Assembly (NCBI GenBank): GCA_017794825.1
Contig: CP051237.1
Span: 5,317,342-5,381,341, forward strand
Reading direction: 5' to 3'
DNA from: Pararhizobium sp.
GTDB lineage: Bacteria > Pseudomonadota > Alphaproteobacteria > Rhizobiales > Rhizobiaceae
DNA length: 64,000 nucleotides
In this document: positions 9,824 through 18,668 of the stretch, piece by piece
Position numbering within the stretch: position 1 is the stretch's first letter
Layout: every line of letters begins with the position of its first letter
Translations under genes and position numbers: made by a program
The notes under the pieces: generated by a model
The model's database searches: none
Seen by the model: only the letters and a program-made list of their open reading frames with translations
What the model was told of the DNA's origin: nothing

Positions 9824-10672
9824 ATGCGACAAGGCTTAGACACCGTTTCGGATTTCGGCGTCCGGAAGGCGGGACCGCTGCCGTCGCTGATCTGGTGGCT
9901 GGCGACGCACAAATTGATCGGGCGGGAACAGCGCAAGATTATCCGCAAGCGGTTCGCCCGACGGTTCCAGGGGCCCTTCGATGTCGAGGCGGAAGGCGTG
10001 CGCATGCGGGCCTATCCGTTCGAGAACTATTGCGATCGCACGGTTGTCGGCAGAAAGGTCCTTCCGGAAATTCCCGAGCGACGTTTGATCGCTCCGATGA
10101 TCAGGCCGGGCATGGTCTTCGTGGACATCGGCGCGAATGTCGGCTCCTACAGCATGTTTGTCGCAAAGGCCTGCGGCGACCATGCGAGGATCCTGGCGTT
10201 CGAGCCGCACCCGCGCACTTTTTCCAAGCTTGTCTTCAATCTGGAAGCCAACGGGTTCCGGAGCGTGGAGGCGATCAATCGCGGGACGGGTCCGAAGTCG
10301 CAAAGGCTGAAGCTGTATTCGAGCGGTGGAACCAACATCGGAACGGCGTCCCTGCACTCCGAGGCGATCGCTGCGCGCGACCATGTGGAGATCAAGATCA
10401 CGCCATTGGCCGAAGCGCTCTCCCTGCGCAACATCGACCGGGTGGACCTGCTCAAAATCGATGTTGAAGGTTACGAGGATCAGGCGCTCTTGCCGCTGAT
10501 GGTTTCCGAGAATCGATCCCTCTGGCCGAAAGCCGTTCTGATCGAGACGGTGCTGCGCCGCCTCTGGAAAACCGACTGCCTCGAGCAACTCGAGTCCTTC
10601 GGCTACAGGGTCGCTGGCGCCACGTCGGAAAACACGTTGCTGACCTTGTCAGCCGATGACCGAAAAGCTTGA
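9824..10672 (+). CDS. FkbM family methyltransferase
   Basis: SAM-binding motif VFVDIGANVGSYS and C-terminal LLKIDVEGYE. The start is uncertain: the track ORF starts at TTG 9800, the first ATG is 9824, and ATG 10004 has a GGAAGG RBS. Confidence 0.8.
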   Translation: MRQGLDTVSDFGVRKAGPLPSLIWWLATHKLIGREQRKIIRKRFARRFQGPFDVEAEGVRMRAYPFENYCDRTVVGRKVLPEIPERRLIAPMIRPGMVFVDIGANVGSYSMFVAKACGDHARILAFEPHPRTFSKLVFNLEANGFRSVEAINRGTGPKSQRLKLYSSGGTNIGTASLHSEAIAARDHVEIKITPLAEALSLRNIDRVDLLKIDVEGYEDQALLPLMVSENRSLWPKAVLIETVLRRLWKTDCLEQLESFGYRVAGATSENTLLTLSADDRKA

Positions 10673-11959
10673 ATTCTGATTGATTTCCCGGTTTCTCGAA
10701 AATGCGCCGATTGAAATGTCCGCGTCGAGATGGTCGAGGTGGAACTGCACCGGGTCGCTGTCGTGATCATGGCCGTTCTCGCAGGCTTCAACCAGTTCGG
10801 CCATCATCTTGCCCGCGACCGGCGCGTTCTTGAACTGGTTTCCGCTGGTGCCGATCGCCATGTAGAAACCCTTCAGATCGCTCTTGTCGTAGATCGGCAT
10901 CCAGTCTTCGGTTACGTCGTAAAGGGCGACAACGCCTTTGGCTGCGCCCGGCAATCTCAGCGTCGGAATGCGCTGCGCAAGGCGCATGACCAGAATATTC
11001 CATTGTTCCGAGAAGTTCGTGTTGTAGTCGTCCGGATCGTCCACCCATTCCTTTTCATCACAAGCCGGATCTTCTGATCCGATCAGGATGTTGTTGCCCG
11101 TCTCCGGACGGCAATAGGTCGCGATATCGCTGTCGGAGTACACGAAGCCTTCCTTTTCGAAATCGACTCCTCTGGGAGAGGGCACATGGGCGACCTCATG
11201 GCGCAAGGCTCTCGTGCTGATCTTCATGCCATCAGCCACTCCGGCCAGCGCGTTGATCTTCGAAGAATGCGGTCCGGCGACGTTGATTACGACCGGCGCC
11301 GTTATTGTCGCGCCGTCCGTCAGGATGACGCCGCCGACGCGTCCATCCGCGTTGATGATCTCGCATACTTCGCGGTTGAACAGGAACTTTGCGCCCAGCG
11401 CTTCGGCCGCGCGTTGCGCGTTATGGGCCGCCAGTTTCGGATCGTTGACGTAACCGCCGCGGGGAAAGAACACGGCGCCGTTGACCGATTCGCCCGTGGG
11501 CGCGCCAAATCCTTCGTCGTCCGGGCGTTTTGCCGGTTCGAACCGATGCACGTCCGCGTCCGGCAGGCGCGACGGAATGTCCGGCGCCTCGATTTCCTCG
11601 TAGGGGCAGCCGATCCGGTCCATCATCTCGCACACCCGTGCAAGATTGTGGTTGTGATCGGTCTTTATGACGAGGCAGCCGGTGTCATGATAGCGGATGA
11701 GACCCTGTTCGTCGGTTCCGCCAACATAGTCCGACCAGTTTTTCCAGTAATGCCAGCCCTCATAGGCGAGCGCACAGGATTCAAAGGTCGAATAGTACGT
11801 GCGAATGATTGCGCAGGAACCCGAAGTCGATCCGTATCCAGCCTCGGGCAGCTTGTCGATCGAGAGCGTGCGCCGTCCCTTGCGCGCAAGTTCCAGCGCT
11901 ACACACGAGCCGATAACGCCCGCGCCGATGATGATGGCGTCGTAGGAGTGGCTGACCAT
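10649..11959 (-). CDS. FAD-dependent oxidoreductase (DAO / sarcosine-oxidase-beta-like)
   Basis: 436 aa with the N-terminal dinucleotide-binding motif YDAIIIGAGVIGSCVALELARKG. Confidence 0.85.
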   Translation of the reverse strand: MVSHSYDAIIIGAGVIGSCVALELARKGRRTLSIDKLPEAGYGSTSGSCAIIRTYYSTFESCALAYEGWHYWKNWSDYVGGTDEQGLIRYHDTGCLVIKTDHNHNLARVCEMMDRIGCPYEEIEAPDIPSRLPDADVHRFEPAKRPDDEGFGAPTGESVNGAVFFPRGGYVNDPKLAAHNAQRAAEALGAKFLFNREVCEIINADGRVGGVILTDGATITAPVVINVAGPHSSKINALAGVADGMKISTRALRHEVAHVPSPRGVDFEKEGFVYSDSDIATYCRPETGNNILIGSEDPACDEKEWVDDPDDYNTNFSEQWNILVMRLAQRIPTLRLPGAAKGVVALYDVTEDWMPIYDKSDLKGFYMAIGTSGNQFKNAPVAGKMMAELVEACENGHDHDSDPVQFHLDHLDADISIGAFSRNREINQNSSFSVIG

Positions 11960-12012
11960 GAAATCATCCTTTCAGTGACTGATTTGGTCCTACACGGCGG
12001 CCGAAAACGGCG

Positions 12013-12813
12013 TCAAGCGGTAGCAGGAACAGAGAGCCTTTGTGCGCTGTAGCGGCTTTCTATCACCGCATAGTCCTTAAGCCGCATCGGTGAGAAACCC
12101 GTCAGCAACAGATCGTCCCGCGTCTCTTCGTCGAGTCCCGCCATGGCTTCCACCACGGCGTTGTGGATACGGTCCGCAGAAAATCGCCGGTCGATTGCGC
12201 AGATAAAGGGCAAGCCGGGTGTGGGATGTGTTTTCGCGATGATCTTCAGCATCCGGGCCGCAGGCTCGTGACGCTGCGCCAGGCGCCAGCTGACCGCGTC
12301 AATGCTTGCAATATCGGCCGTTCCGTCCGCAACGCTGCGGATCGATGCGCGGTGCGAGCCGGTGCAGATCCATTCGGAGATGGCTTCTGCGCCGCGCCCG
12401 TGTTTCCGCAACGCGTGTCCAAAGGCTGAAAAGCCGGATTGGGACTGGGCGTTGTTGTAGGCGAAACGGAGACCGGCGAGATGGTCGAACCCAGTCGCCG
12501 AGCTGTCCGCGTGAACGACGATCACGCTGTAATAGCTGCCGGCGCCGCAGCCGATGTCGTAGGCCGGCGCGCCCAGCAATTGCACCTTGTCCTTCAGGCC
12601 AAGCACAAAGGGCAGTCCGCAGGTCTGACCGAGCACGAGGCCCGGTGCGTTCCAGATTTCCGTTTCGCTCAGGGTTCTCTCGAGCCGTTCCGGCGCGGCA
12701 ATGCCGTGTTCCGCCAGATTGGTCCGGATGGCGCGCCAGAATCGGTCGTTTGACGTTTGCAGTTCCGGCCAGTCATACATGGGCAGGGCGGCGATCGGAT
12801 CGCCGCCGCTCAT
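12013..12813 (-). CDS. PhnD/SsuA-like periplasmic-binding-fold protein lacking a signal peptide
   Basis: 266 aa. The N-terminus MSGGDPIAALPMYDWPEL has no hydrophobic leader. 4-nt overlap with the upstream desaturase (12810-12813). Confidence 0.68.
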   Translation of the reverse strand: MSGGDPIAALPMYDWPELQTSNDRFWRAIRTNLAEHGIAAPERLERTLSETEIWNAPGLVLGQTCGLPFVLGLKDKVQLLGAPAYDIGCGAGSYYSVIVVHADSSATGFDHLAGLRFAYNNAQSQSGFSAFGHALRKHGRGAEAISEWICTGSHRASIRSVADGTADIASIDAVSWRLAQRHEPAARMLKIIAKTHPTPGLPFICAIDRRFSADRIHNAVVEAMAGLDEETRDDLLLTGFSPMRLKDYAVIESRYSAQRLSVPATA

Positions 12814-13754
12814 CGGCCGCTCCCGTCGACCAGCGGATAGGGAACGGGCTCCTTTCGCCGAAAAGCGAACGCACGGATGATCTGCATGTAGTTGCGGTAC
12901 CTGTAGCCGCGATTGAGCGTCAGGAACCGGTCGCGATGCCGCGCATAGAGCGAAGGCAACTGATGCCAGGCTACGGACGGGTAGGCGTGATGCACGGCGT
13001 GCAGATTGTTGTTCAGGAAAAGCAGGCTCAGGGGCCCGCGATCCTCAATGATGACCGAGCGCCCGAGATGGCTCTCTTCAGCCTGGTGCTCGAGATAGGT
13101 TCGGATCATCAGTATGGACATGCCGAAATAGGCGGAAACGAAATAGAGCCAGAGAGGCATGCCGGAAATCCAGTGCACCGCTGCGAGCACCAAGACCATA
13201 AGCGGGAGATGCAAGGCCCAGGCGAAGATGACGTCGCGGTCTTTACCGAGAGCTGCCCGTCCGTCCGATATTGCAAGGCGAATGAGTGAAATGACGGGTC
13301 CGATCAGCATGCGGCCCGCGAGCGTGTTGTTGAACTCGAAAATGCTCTTCACGAAACGAGGCAGCCTGCTCCAGAAATCCTGCGCCAGATACCAGCTCTC
13401 CGGATCGTCATAGGGATCGCAGATATTGGCGTTCTGATGGTGATCGAGATGGGAATCCTTGAAACGGAAGTAAGGGATATAAAGTCCGATCGGCAGGACG
13501 ACGACGGCGTCGTTGGCTGCGGAATTGCGAAATGGATGGCCGTGGATGCATTCGTGCTGCAGCGAAGAGTGCAGCGTAATGACCGGACACAGGCAAATCG
13601 CCGCCACAATCCACGGCAGCCCGAACGGGTTCACGAGAAGAAACAGCCAGGCGGCGTAGCATAAAGTCAGAAGGCCGAGAGTGCGCCACTCGGCCCGGTC
13701 TTTGAGAATCACCGGAATTTGTCCCCTTGTTTGCATGGCACGATGCGCCTGCAA
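12810..13754 (-). CDS. Fatty acid desaturase family membrane protein
   Basis: Three histidine boxes (HECIHGH, HLDHHQN, HAVHHAYP) and multiple TM segments. Confidence 0.85.
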   Translation of the reverse strand: MQAHRAMQTRGQIPVILKDRAEWRTLGLLTLCYAAWLFLLVNPFGLPWIVAAICLCPVITLHSSLQHECIHGHPFRNSAANDAVVVLPIGLYIPYFRFKDSHLDHHQNANICDPYDDPESWYLAQDFWSRLPRFVKSIFEFNNTLAGRMLIGPVISLIRLAISDGRAALGKDRDVIFAWALHLPLMVLVLAAVHWISGMPLWLYFVSAYFGMSILMIRTYLEHQAEESHLGRSVIIEDRGPLSLLFLNNNLHAVHHAYPSVAWHQLPSLYARHRDRFLTLNRGYRYRNYMQIIRAFAFRRKEPVPYPLVDGSGR

Positions 13755-13826
13755 GTGATGATGGACAATGTGAGAATGAGCTCATAATAATGTTTATATG
13801 TAGAGCAATGTGGTAGAAACACATTT

Positions 13827-14714
13827 ATGATATCAAATGCTGTGAAAATACACCAGAATGACGAAAGCCATGGTGACAAGCGCGATGTCGCGGAGATCTT
13901 TCGCGATCGCATGGCCCTGCTTTTGGCGCAGAAGGGTTTCAATCTCAGCCAGTTCGCAAAGTCGATCGGCATTGACCGATCGGCGTTGAGCCAGTTTCTG
14001 GCGCCGGGTTCCACACGTCTTCCGAGAGCCGAGACCCTGTGCGCGATCGCTCGTACCTGCGGCGTGTCGCTCGACTGGTTGATGGGGTTGATCGCACGTG
14101 ATTCACTCGATAGCGAAACCGTGGAAATGCTGGAAATCCAGCGTGTCGATCAGGAGTCCGGCCGGCGAATCCTGTGCGAATGGCATAAGGAGGCCATGGG
14201 CTACAAGATCCGCTACGTGCCGAGTGAATTGCCTGACTTGCTGAGAACGGAAGCCGTGCGCAAGTTCGAGTTCAATCTGAAGAATCCGGACGAACGGGAA
14301 TCGCGGGAGCAGCAGGCGAAGGATCAGTTGACCTATTCGCGCCTTCCGGAGACCGACATGGAAGTGTGCATGCCGGTCCAGCGGCTAGAGCAGTTCGCGA
14401 GTGGGCAGGGGATGTGGAACGGCCTGAGCATGGACGTCAGGCGCGAACAGCTCATGCACATGGTTACGCTCATCGACGAACTTTACCCGACGTTCCGCCT
14501 GTTCCTCTATGACGGGCGTGAGGTCTATTCGGCGCCTTATACGCTCTTCGGGCCGCTGCGGGCGGCGCTCTATGTCGGCGACATGTTTCTGGTCGTCAAT
14601 TCGAAAGACCATATCCGCGCGCTCACCTCGCATTTCGACCATCTGATCCGAATGGCCCGCTTTGGCCCCGATCGCGTCGCCGGCAAGGTCATGGGGCTCG
14701 TCAAGACGCTTTGA
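13827..14714 (+). CDS. XRE-family helix-turn-helix transcriptional regulator with a C-terminal domain of unknown function
   Basis: HTH segment FNLSQFAKSIGIDRSALSQFL. Divergent from the desaturase operon across an AT-rich 72-bp gap. Confidence 0.75.
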   Translation: MISNAVKIHQNDESHGDKRDVAEIFRDRMALLLAQKGFNLSQFAKSIGIDRSALSQFLAPGSTRLPRAETLCAIARTCGVSLDWLMGLIARDSLDSETVEMLEIQRVDQESGRRILCEWHKEAMGYKIRYVPSELPDLLRTEAVRKFEFNLKNPDERESREQQAKDQLTYSRLPETDMEVCMPVQRLEQFASGQGMWNGLSMDVRREQLMHMVTLIDELYPTFRLFLYDGREVYSAPYTLFGPLRAALYVGDMFLVVNSKDHIRALTSHFDHLIRMARFGPDRVAGKVMGLVKTL

Positions 14715-14764
14715 GGTGAAAATTTTTTGCCGAGTGCAGAAAGAGAGCGCAATGTTGCTACGGC

Positions 14765-15199
14765 CTAATCCCGCAGGTAATGCTGCACTCTGCGAACATG
14801 CCTCAACGTGTCAGTGATCATTGCGGTCATCAGCCCGAACATCAGGAAGCCGTTGGCGCCTGTCATGCCGCCCAGAAGCCGCTGCTCTTGAGGGACAACG
14901 ATGTCGCCCAGGCCCAGAGTGGTATAGGCGACCAGGGAATAGTAGACCGCTTCTTCCAATGTACTGAAAACTGACATCTGTTGAAAAACAAGCGCCCACA
15001 ACCAGACTCCGAACGTTGTCATGCCCATCGTCGAAATTGCGACCAACGAGACAACAACGAATGACTTTATGTGATGGTTGGGACGACGAAGCCACGGCTC
15101 CATTCTGAGAAGCACTTCGTTGAGAGACCACCACATGAAAGCTCCTCCCAGCAAGGATACCAGTGTGATGACAGTTCCAAGCATCAATTGGCTCAACAC
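14765..15199 (-). CDS. Small potassium-channel-like protein (Ion_trans_2 type pore)
   Basis: 144 aa with TM helices flanking a pore-loop/selectivity-filter-like AYTTLGLGD. Confidence 0.7.
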   Translation of the reverse strand: MLSQLMLGTVITLVSLLGGAFMWWSLNEVLLRMEPWLRRPNHHIKSFVVVSLVAISTMGMTTFGVWLWALVFQQMSVFSTLEEAVYYSLVAYTTLGLGDIVVPQEQRLLGGMTGANGFLMFGLMTAMITDTLRHVRRVQHYLRD

Positions 15200-15438
15200 T
15201 ACGCATCCATCCTTTCGCTAATAAAACGGAACAGTCCAAACAGACTGTGTGATTCAACTTGTTTCAAGGCCAAGTTTAACGAGAATACGAGCCAGAGACT
15301 GCCGTTTCATTGATTTTTCGCAATGCAAGTTTCTATTTTCTTTGGCAAATCCCGCGCACAGGAAAGTCGCATATGGAATTGCGGCGGACGGAAAGTTGAG
15401 GCTAGATAGGCGTCTGGCTCGAAAAGGATGTATCACCC

Positions 15439-16629
15439 GTGACCGGAATGACCGACAAGCATCTGCCTTTTTCCCTCGATGAATACGCAGTGCGCCTTGG
15501 AAGAGTTCGCAAGGCGATGGAAGAAGCAGGAATTGAACTGCTTGTCGTGACAGACCCTTCCAACATGGCGTGGCTGACGGCCTATGACGGCTGGTCGTTC
15601 TACGTCCATCAATGCGTACTTGTTACACTCGACGACGACCCGATCTGGTTTGGTCGCCTGCAGGACGGCAATGGCGCGAAACGTACCGTCTACATGGATG
15701 ACGCCCACATCCTGAGCTATCCAGATCATTATGTGCAGTCTCCTGTTCGTCATCCAATGGTCGTGCTGTCGCAGATCGTTACCGACAGGGGCTGGTCGAG
15801 TCTCGTGATCGGGGTCGAGATGGATAATTACTACTTTTCGGCCGCGGCCTTCGCCGCTCTTTTGAAGGGCCTGCCGAACGCGGATTTCAAGGATGCGACA
15901 GGCCTCGTCAACTGGCAGCGCGCGGTCAAGTCTGAACGCGAACTCGACTACATGCGCATCGCCGGCCGCATCGTCGAAAAGATGCATCAGCGCATCTGGG
16001 ACACGGTCCGGCCGGGTATTCGCAAATGCGATCTGGTTGCGGAGATCTATGACGCCTCCATCCGCGGCGTCGGTGAATTCGGCGGAGACTATCCGGCGAT
16101 CGTGCCGCTTCTGCCGTCGGGCGAGGACGCGGCCGCCCCGCATCTGACCTGGGACGACAAGCCGATGCGCTCGGGAGAGGGAACGTTCTTCGAGATCGCG
16201 GGCTGCTACCGTCGCTATCACTGCCCGCTCTCCCGGACCGTGTTTCTCGGCAAGCCGACCCAAACCTTTCTCGACGCCGAGAAAGCCGTTCAGGAAGGGC
16301 TTGCGGCCGGTCTCGAAATGGCGAAGCCGGGCAATCTCGCGGAAGATGTGGTCAACGCCTATTTCGCCGTGCTGAAGAAATACGGCATCGTGAAGGACAA
16401 TCGCAGCGGATACCCGATCGGAATTTCCTATCCGCCGGACTGGGGCGAGCGAACCTACAGCCTGCGTCCGGGTGACAAGACGGTGCTCCAGGAGAACATG
16501 ACCTTCCATTTCATGACCGGACTATGGATGGACGATTGGGGCTTCGAGATCACCGAAAGCGTCGCGATCACGGATGGAGATCCGGAGTGCCTCGCCAATT
16601 TGCCCCGGGAACTGGTCGTAAGAGACTAG
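15439..16629 (+). CDS. M24 family metallopeptidase (creatinase / Xaa-Pro peptidase fold; ectoine-hydrolase DoeA-like)
   Basis: 396 aa. N-terminal creatinase-like domain (DPSNMAWLTAYDGWSFYVHQ) and C-terminal pita-bread domain. GTG at 15439, alternative ATG at 15448. Confidence 0.85.
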   Translation: MTGMTDKHLPFSLDEYAVRLGRVRKAMEEAGIELLVVTDPSNMAWLTAYDGWSFYVHQCVLVTLDDDPIWFGRLQDGNGAKRTVYMDDAHILSYPDHYVQSPVRHPMVVLSQIVTDRGWSSLVIGVEMDNYYFSAAAFAALLKGLPNADFKDATGLVNWQRAVKSERELDYMRIAGRIVEKMHQRIWDTVRPGIRKCDLVAEIYDASIRGVGEFGGDYPAIVPLLPSGEDAAAPHLTWDDKPMRSGEGTFFEIAGCYRRYHCPLSRTVFLGKPTQTFLDAEKAVQEGLAAGLEMAKPGNLAEDVVNAYFAVLKKYGIVKDNRSGYPIGISYPPDWGERTYSLRPGDKTVLQENMTFHFMTGLWMDDWGFEITESVAITDGDPECLANLPRELVVRD

Positions 16630-16631
16630 AA

Positions 16632-17804
16632 ATGCGGGCCGACGAAACTCCCCTGGACATGGCCGAAACGCAGCAGCGCACGATCGATATTCTTGATCAG
16701 CTGGTGCGCTTTCCGACGTTGTCGGGTGAATCCAATCTCGATATGATCGCTTTCGTCACCAGATTTCTGGCCGATCATGGCGTCGTGTCGTCCATCTCCC
16801 ATGACGAGTCCGGACAGCGCGCCAATCTGTACGCAACGATCGGGCCGGAAATCGACGGCGGCGTGCTCCTGAACGGTCACACCGACGTCGTTCCTGTGGA
16901 AGGGCAGGAGTGGTCCGCCGATCCTTTCACCTTGCAAGTCACCGACGATCGTCTGTATGGGCGCGGCAGCGTCGACATGAAGGGGTTCCTTGCCTGCATG
17001 CTCGCCATGACGCCGGAATTCAAGGCGATGCGGCTTGCAAGACCTGTCCATTTTTCGATGTGCTACGACGAGGAAAATGGCGGTTTCGGCGCGCCGGTGC
17101 TGGCGGGCGACATCGTTTCCAAATCCTGGCGCCCGTCCATCGCCATCGTTGGCGAACCCACGGAGATGCGCATGGTCGGGGCGCACAAGGGCGGGTTGGA
17201 GCTTCGCACCGAAATCACCGGGTTCGCCGCCCATGCCTGCGATCCGTCAAAGGGCGTCAACGCCATCATGATCGCTGCCGAGATGATCGCCCATCTTCGG
17301 AAAATGGCGAATGATCTTTCGCGGCAGATTGATTCCGAAAGTCCATGCGACCCGCCTCATGTCACTATCAACGTAGGCACGGTTCACGGCGGCGCAGCAC
17401 GTAATATTGTGGCCGGCGATTGCGCCTTCGATTGGGAAATCCGCCCGACGCGCAGCGGCCAGGCGGAGCAGTTGCTGGAAGAAATCAACAACCATTTCAG
17501 TGCGCGATTCATTCCGGACGGAGCTGCGTTCCAGACCACTGTTGAAGCCGTCGTGCCGCCGCTGATCTATGATCCTCAATCGGCCGCGGCTCAACTGGTC
17601 GGGAAACTGACCGGCATGAATTCCGTGGGAGCGGTGTCTTTCGGAACAGACGCGGGGCACTTTCAGGCCAACGGCATGTCGACCATCGTCTTCGGGCCGG
17701 GCTCCATCGATCAGGCGCATAAGCCGGACGAGTTCATAGAGCTCGAACAGATCAGGCAATGTCTGCGGTTTCTGCACAAGCTTGGCGGTGAACTCTCCGC
17801 CTGA
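16632..17804 (+). CDS. M20 family amidohydrolase, acetylornithine deacetylase (ArgE)-like
   Basis: ATG at 16632 lies 2 nt after the stop of the upstream gene; the track ORF start at 16524 would overlap that gene. Motifs LLNGHTDVVP and GRGSVDMKG. Confidence 0.85.
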   Translation: MRADETPLDMAETQQRTIDILDQLVRFPTLSGESNLDMIAFVTRFLADHGVVSSISHDESGQRANLYATIGPEIDGGVLLNGHTDVVPVEGQEWSADPFTLQVTDDRLYGRGSVDMKGFLACMLAMTPEFKAMRLARPVHFSMCYDEENGGFGAPVLAGDIVSKSWRPSIAIVGEPTEMRMVGAHKGGLELRTEITGFAAHACDPSKGVNAIMIAAEMIAHLRKMANDLSRQIDSESPCDPPHVTINVGTVHGGAARNIVAGDCAFDWEIRPTRSGQAEQLLEEINNHFSARFIPDGAAFQTTVEAVVPPLIYDPQSAAAQLVGKLTGMNSVGAVSFGTDAGHFQANGMSTIVFGPGSIDQAHKPDEFIELEQIRQCLRFLHKLGGELSA

Positions 17805-17883
17805 CCGGACTTCGGGCAAAGGCCATCATTCGACCAAATTGCTTTGACACCGTAATTTCATTGTCGAAAGACCGGAGTGGGCG

Positions 17884-18621
17884 ATGGGCGGCTCGATGAA
17901 TTCCGGAATTGTTGCAGATAGACTTTTCAGCGCGCAGATTGATCACAGCGGCTCATCCGCGACCGGGGTCGTGGCGTCCTTTCTTATTCACGCCGTCTTT
18001 TTTCTTTCCATACTGATGTTGCTGCCTTTTCCCGAAGCGCTGAACCCGCTCGTTCCTGACGCGGTTCGGGTGACCGTGGTGTCTACGATTCCGGCGCCCC
18101 TCCCGCAGCCTGCGAATGCGGTAGACCCAAGCGTGGCGCCGCTGCGTCCGGCAGAACCGGTTTCAATCGATCCTGAAAGGTTTCATCCACGTCCGCAGGA
18201 GCTTCCTCTTCGCAAAACCGCGCCGGAAGAAAACGAGATGATACGCGCCACGCAGATCTTTGCCGGCGCAGTGCTCGCAACGCCCGAAGCCCGACAGGCG
18301 CGGCTAGCCTTGCCGACGCTCATTGAAGAAGACCGGAAGCTTCAGCTATGCGGGCTGGAGGCCATGGAGCAGATTCATGTCTGGGATGAGGCGTTTGAGC
18401 CGGAGCGACTCGTCGCCTATGCGATGGAAGAGGCAAGGATCAGCGGACCCAGCGTTGTCGCCGACGGCGCGGCCTTCCGCAGCCGCGGCCGCTGGTTCAA
18501 TCTGCGATTTCGCTGCGAGGTGACGCCGGACATGCGTGATGTCGTCGCTTTCGAATTCGCGGTCGGCGAACCGGTTCCCTACGAGGACTGGCTGTCGCAC
18601 AATCTGGCGGCTGTTCATTGA
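17884..18621 (+). CDS. Membrane-anchored hypothetical protein (DUF930-like)
   Basis: 245 aa with one N-terminal TM (VVASFLIHAVFFLSILMLL), a Pro-rich linker and a C-terminal LCGLEAMEQIH...RFRCEV region. The family assignment is from memory only. Confidence 0.65.
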   Translation: MGGSMNSGIVADRLFSAQIDHSGSSATGVVASFLIHAVFFLSILMLLPFPEALNPLVPDAVRVTVVSTIPAPLPQPANAVDPSVAPLRPAEPVSIDPERFHPRPQELPLRKTAPEENEMIRATQIFAGAVLATPEARQARLALPTLIEEDRKLQLCGLEAMEQIHVWDEAFEPERLVAYAMEEARISGPSVVADGAAFRSRGRWFNLRFRCEVTPDMRDVVAFEFAVGEPVPYEDWLSHNLAAVH

Positions 18622-18668
18622 TAGAAGTTTCAAGAACAGTCCGCCAAATCTAGGCTAGGCGTCAGAGG

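Noticed and set aside
8224-10467. A 747-aa plus-strand ORF spanning the glycosyltransferase/FkbM region
   Set aside because: It is antisense to a well-supported GT gene and out of frame with FkbM. The translation is Arg/Ala/Pro-rich, typical of shadow ORFs in high-GC DNA, with no recognisable domain.
16524-16631. An upstream extension of the ArgE-like ORF
   Set aside because: It would overlap the last 106 nt of the M24 gene and encodes Arg-rich sequence. ATG 16632 lies 2 nt after the upstream stop and begins a typical M20 N-terminus.
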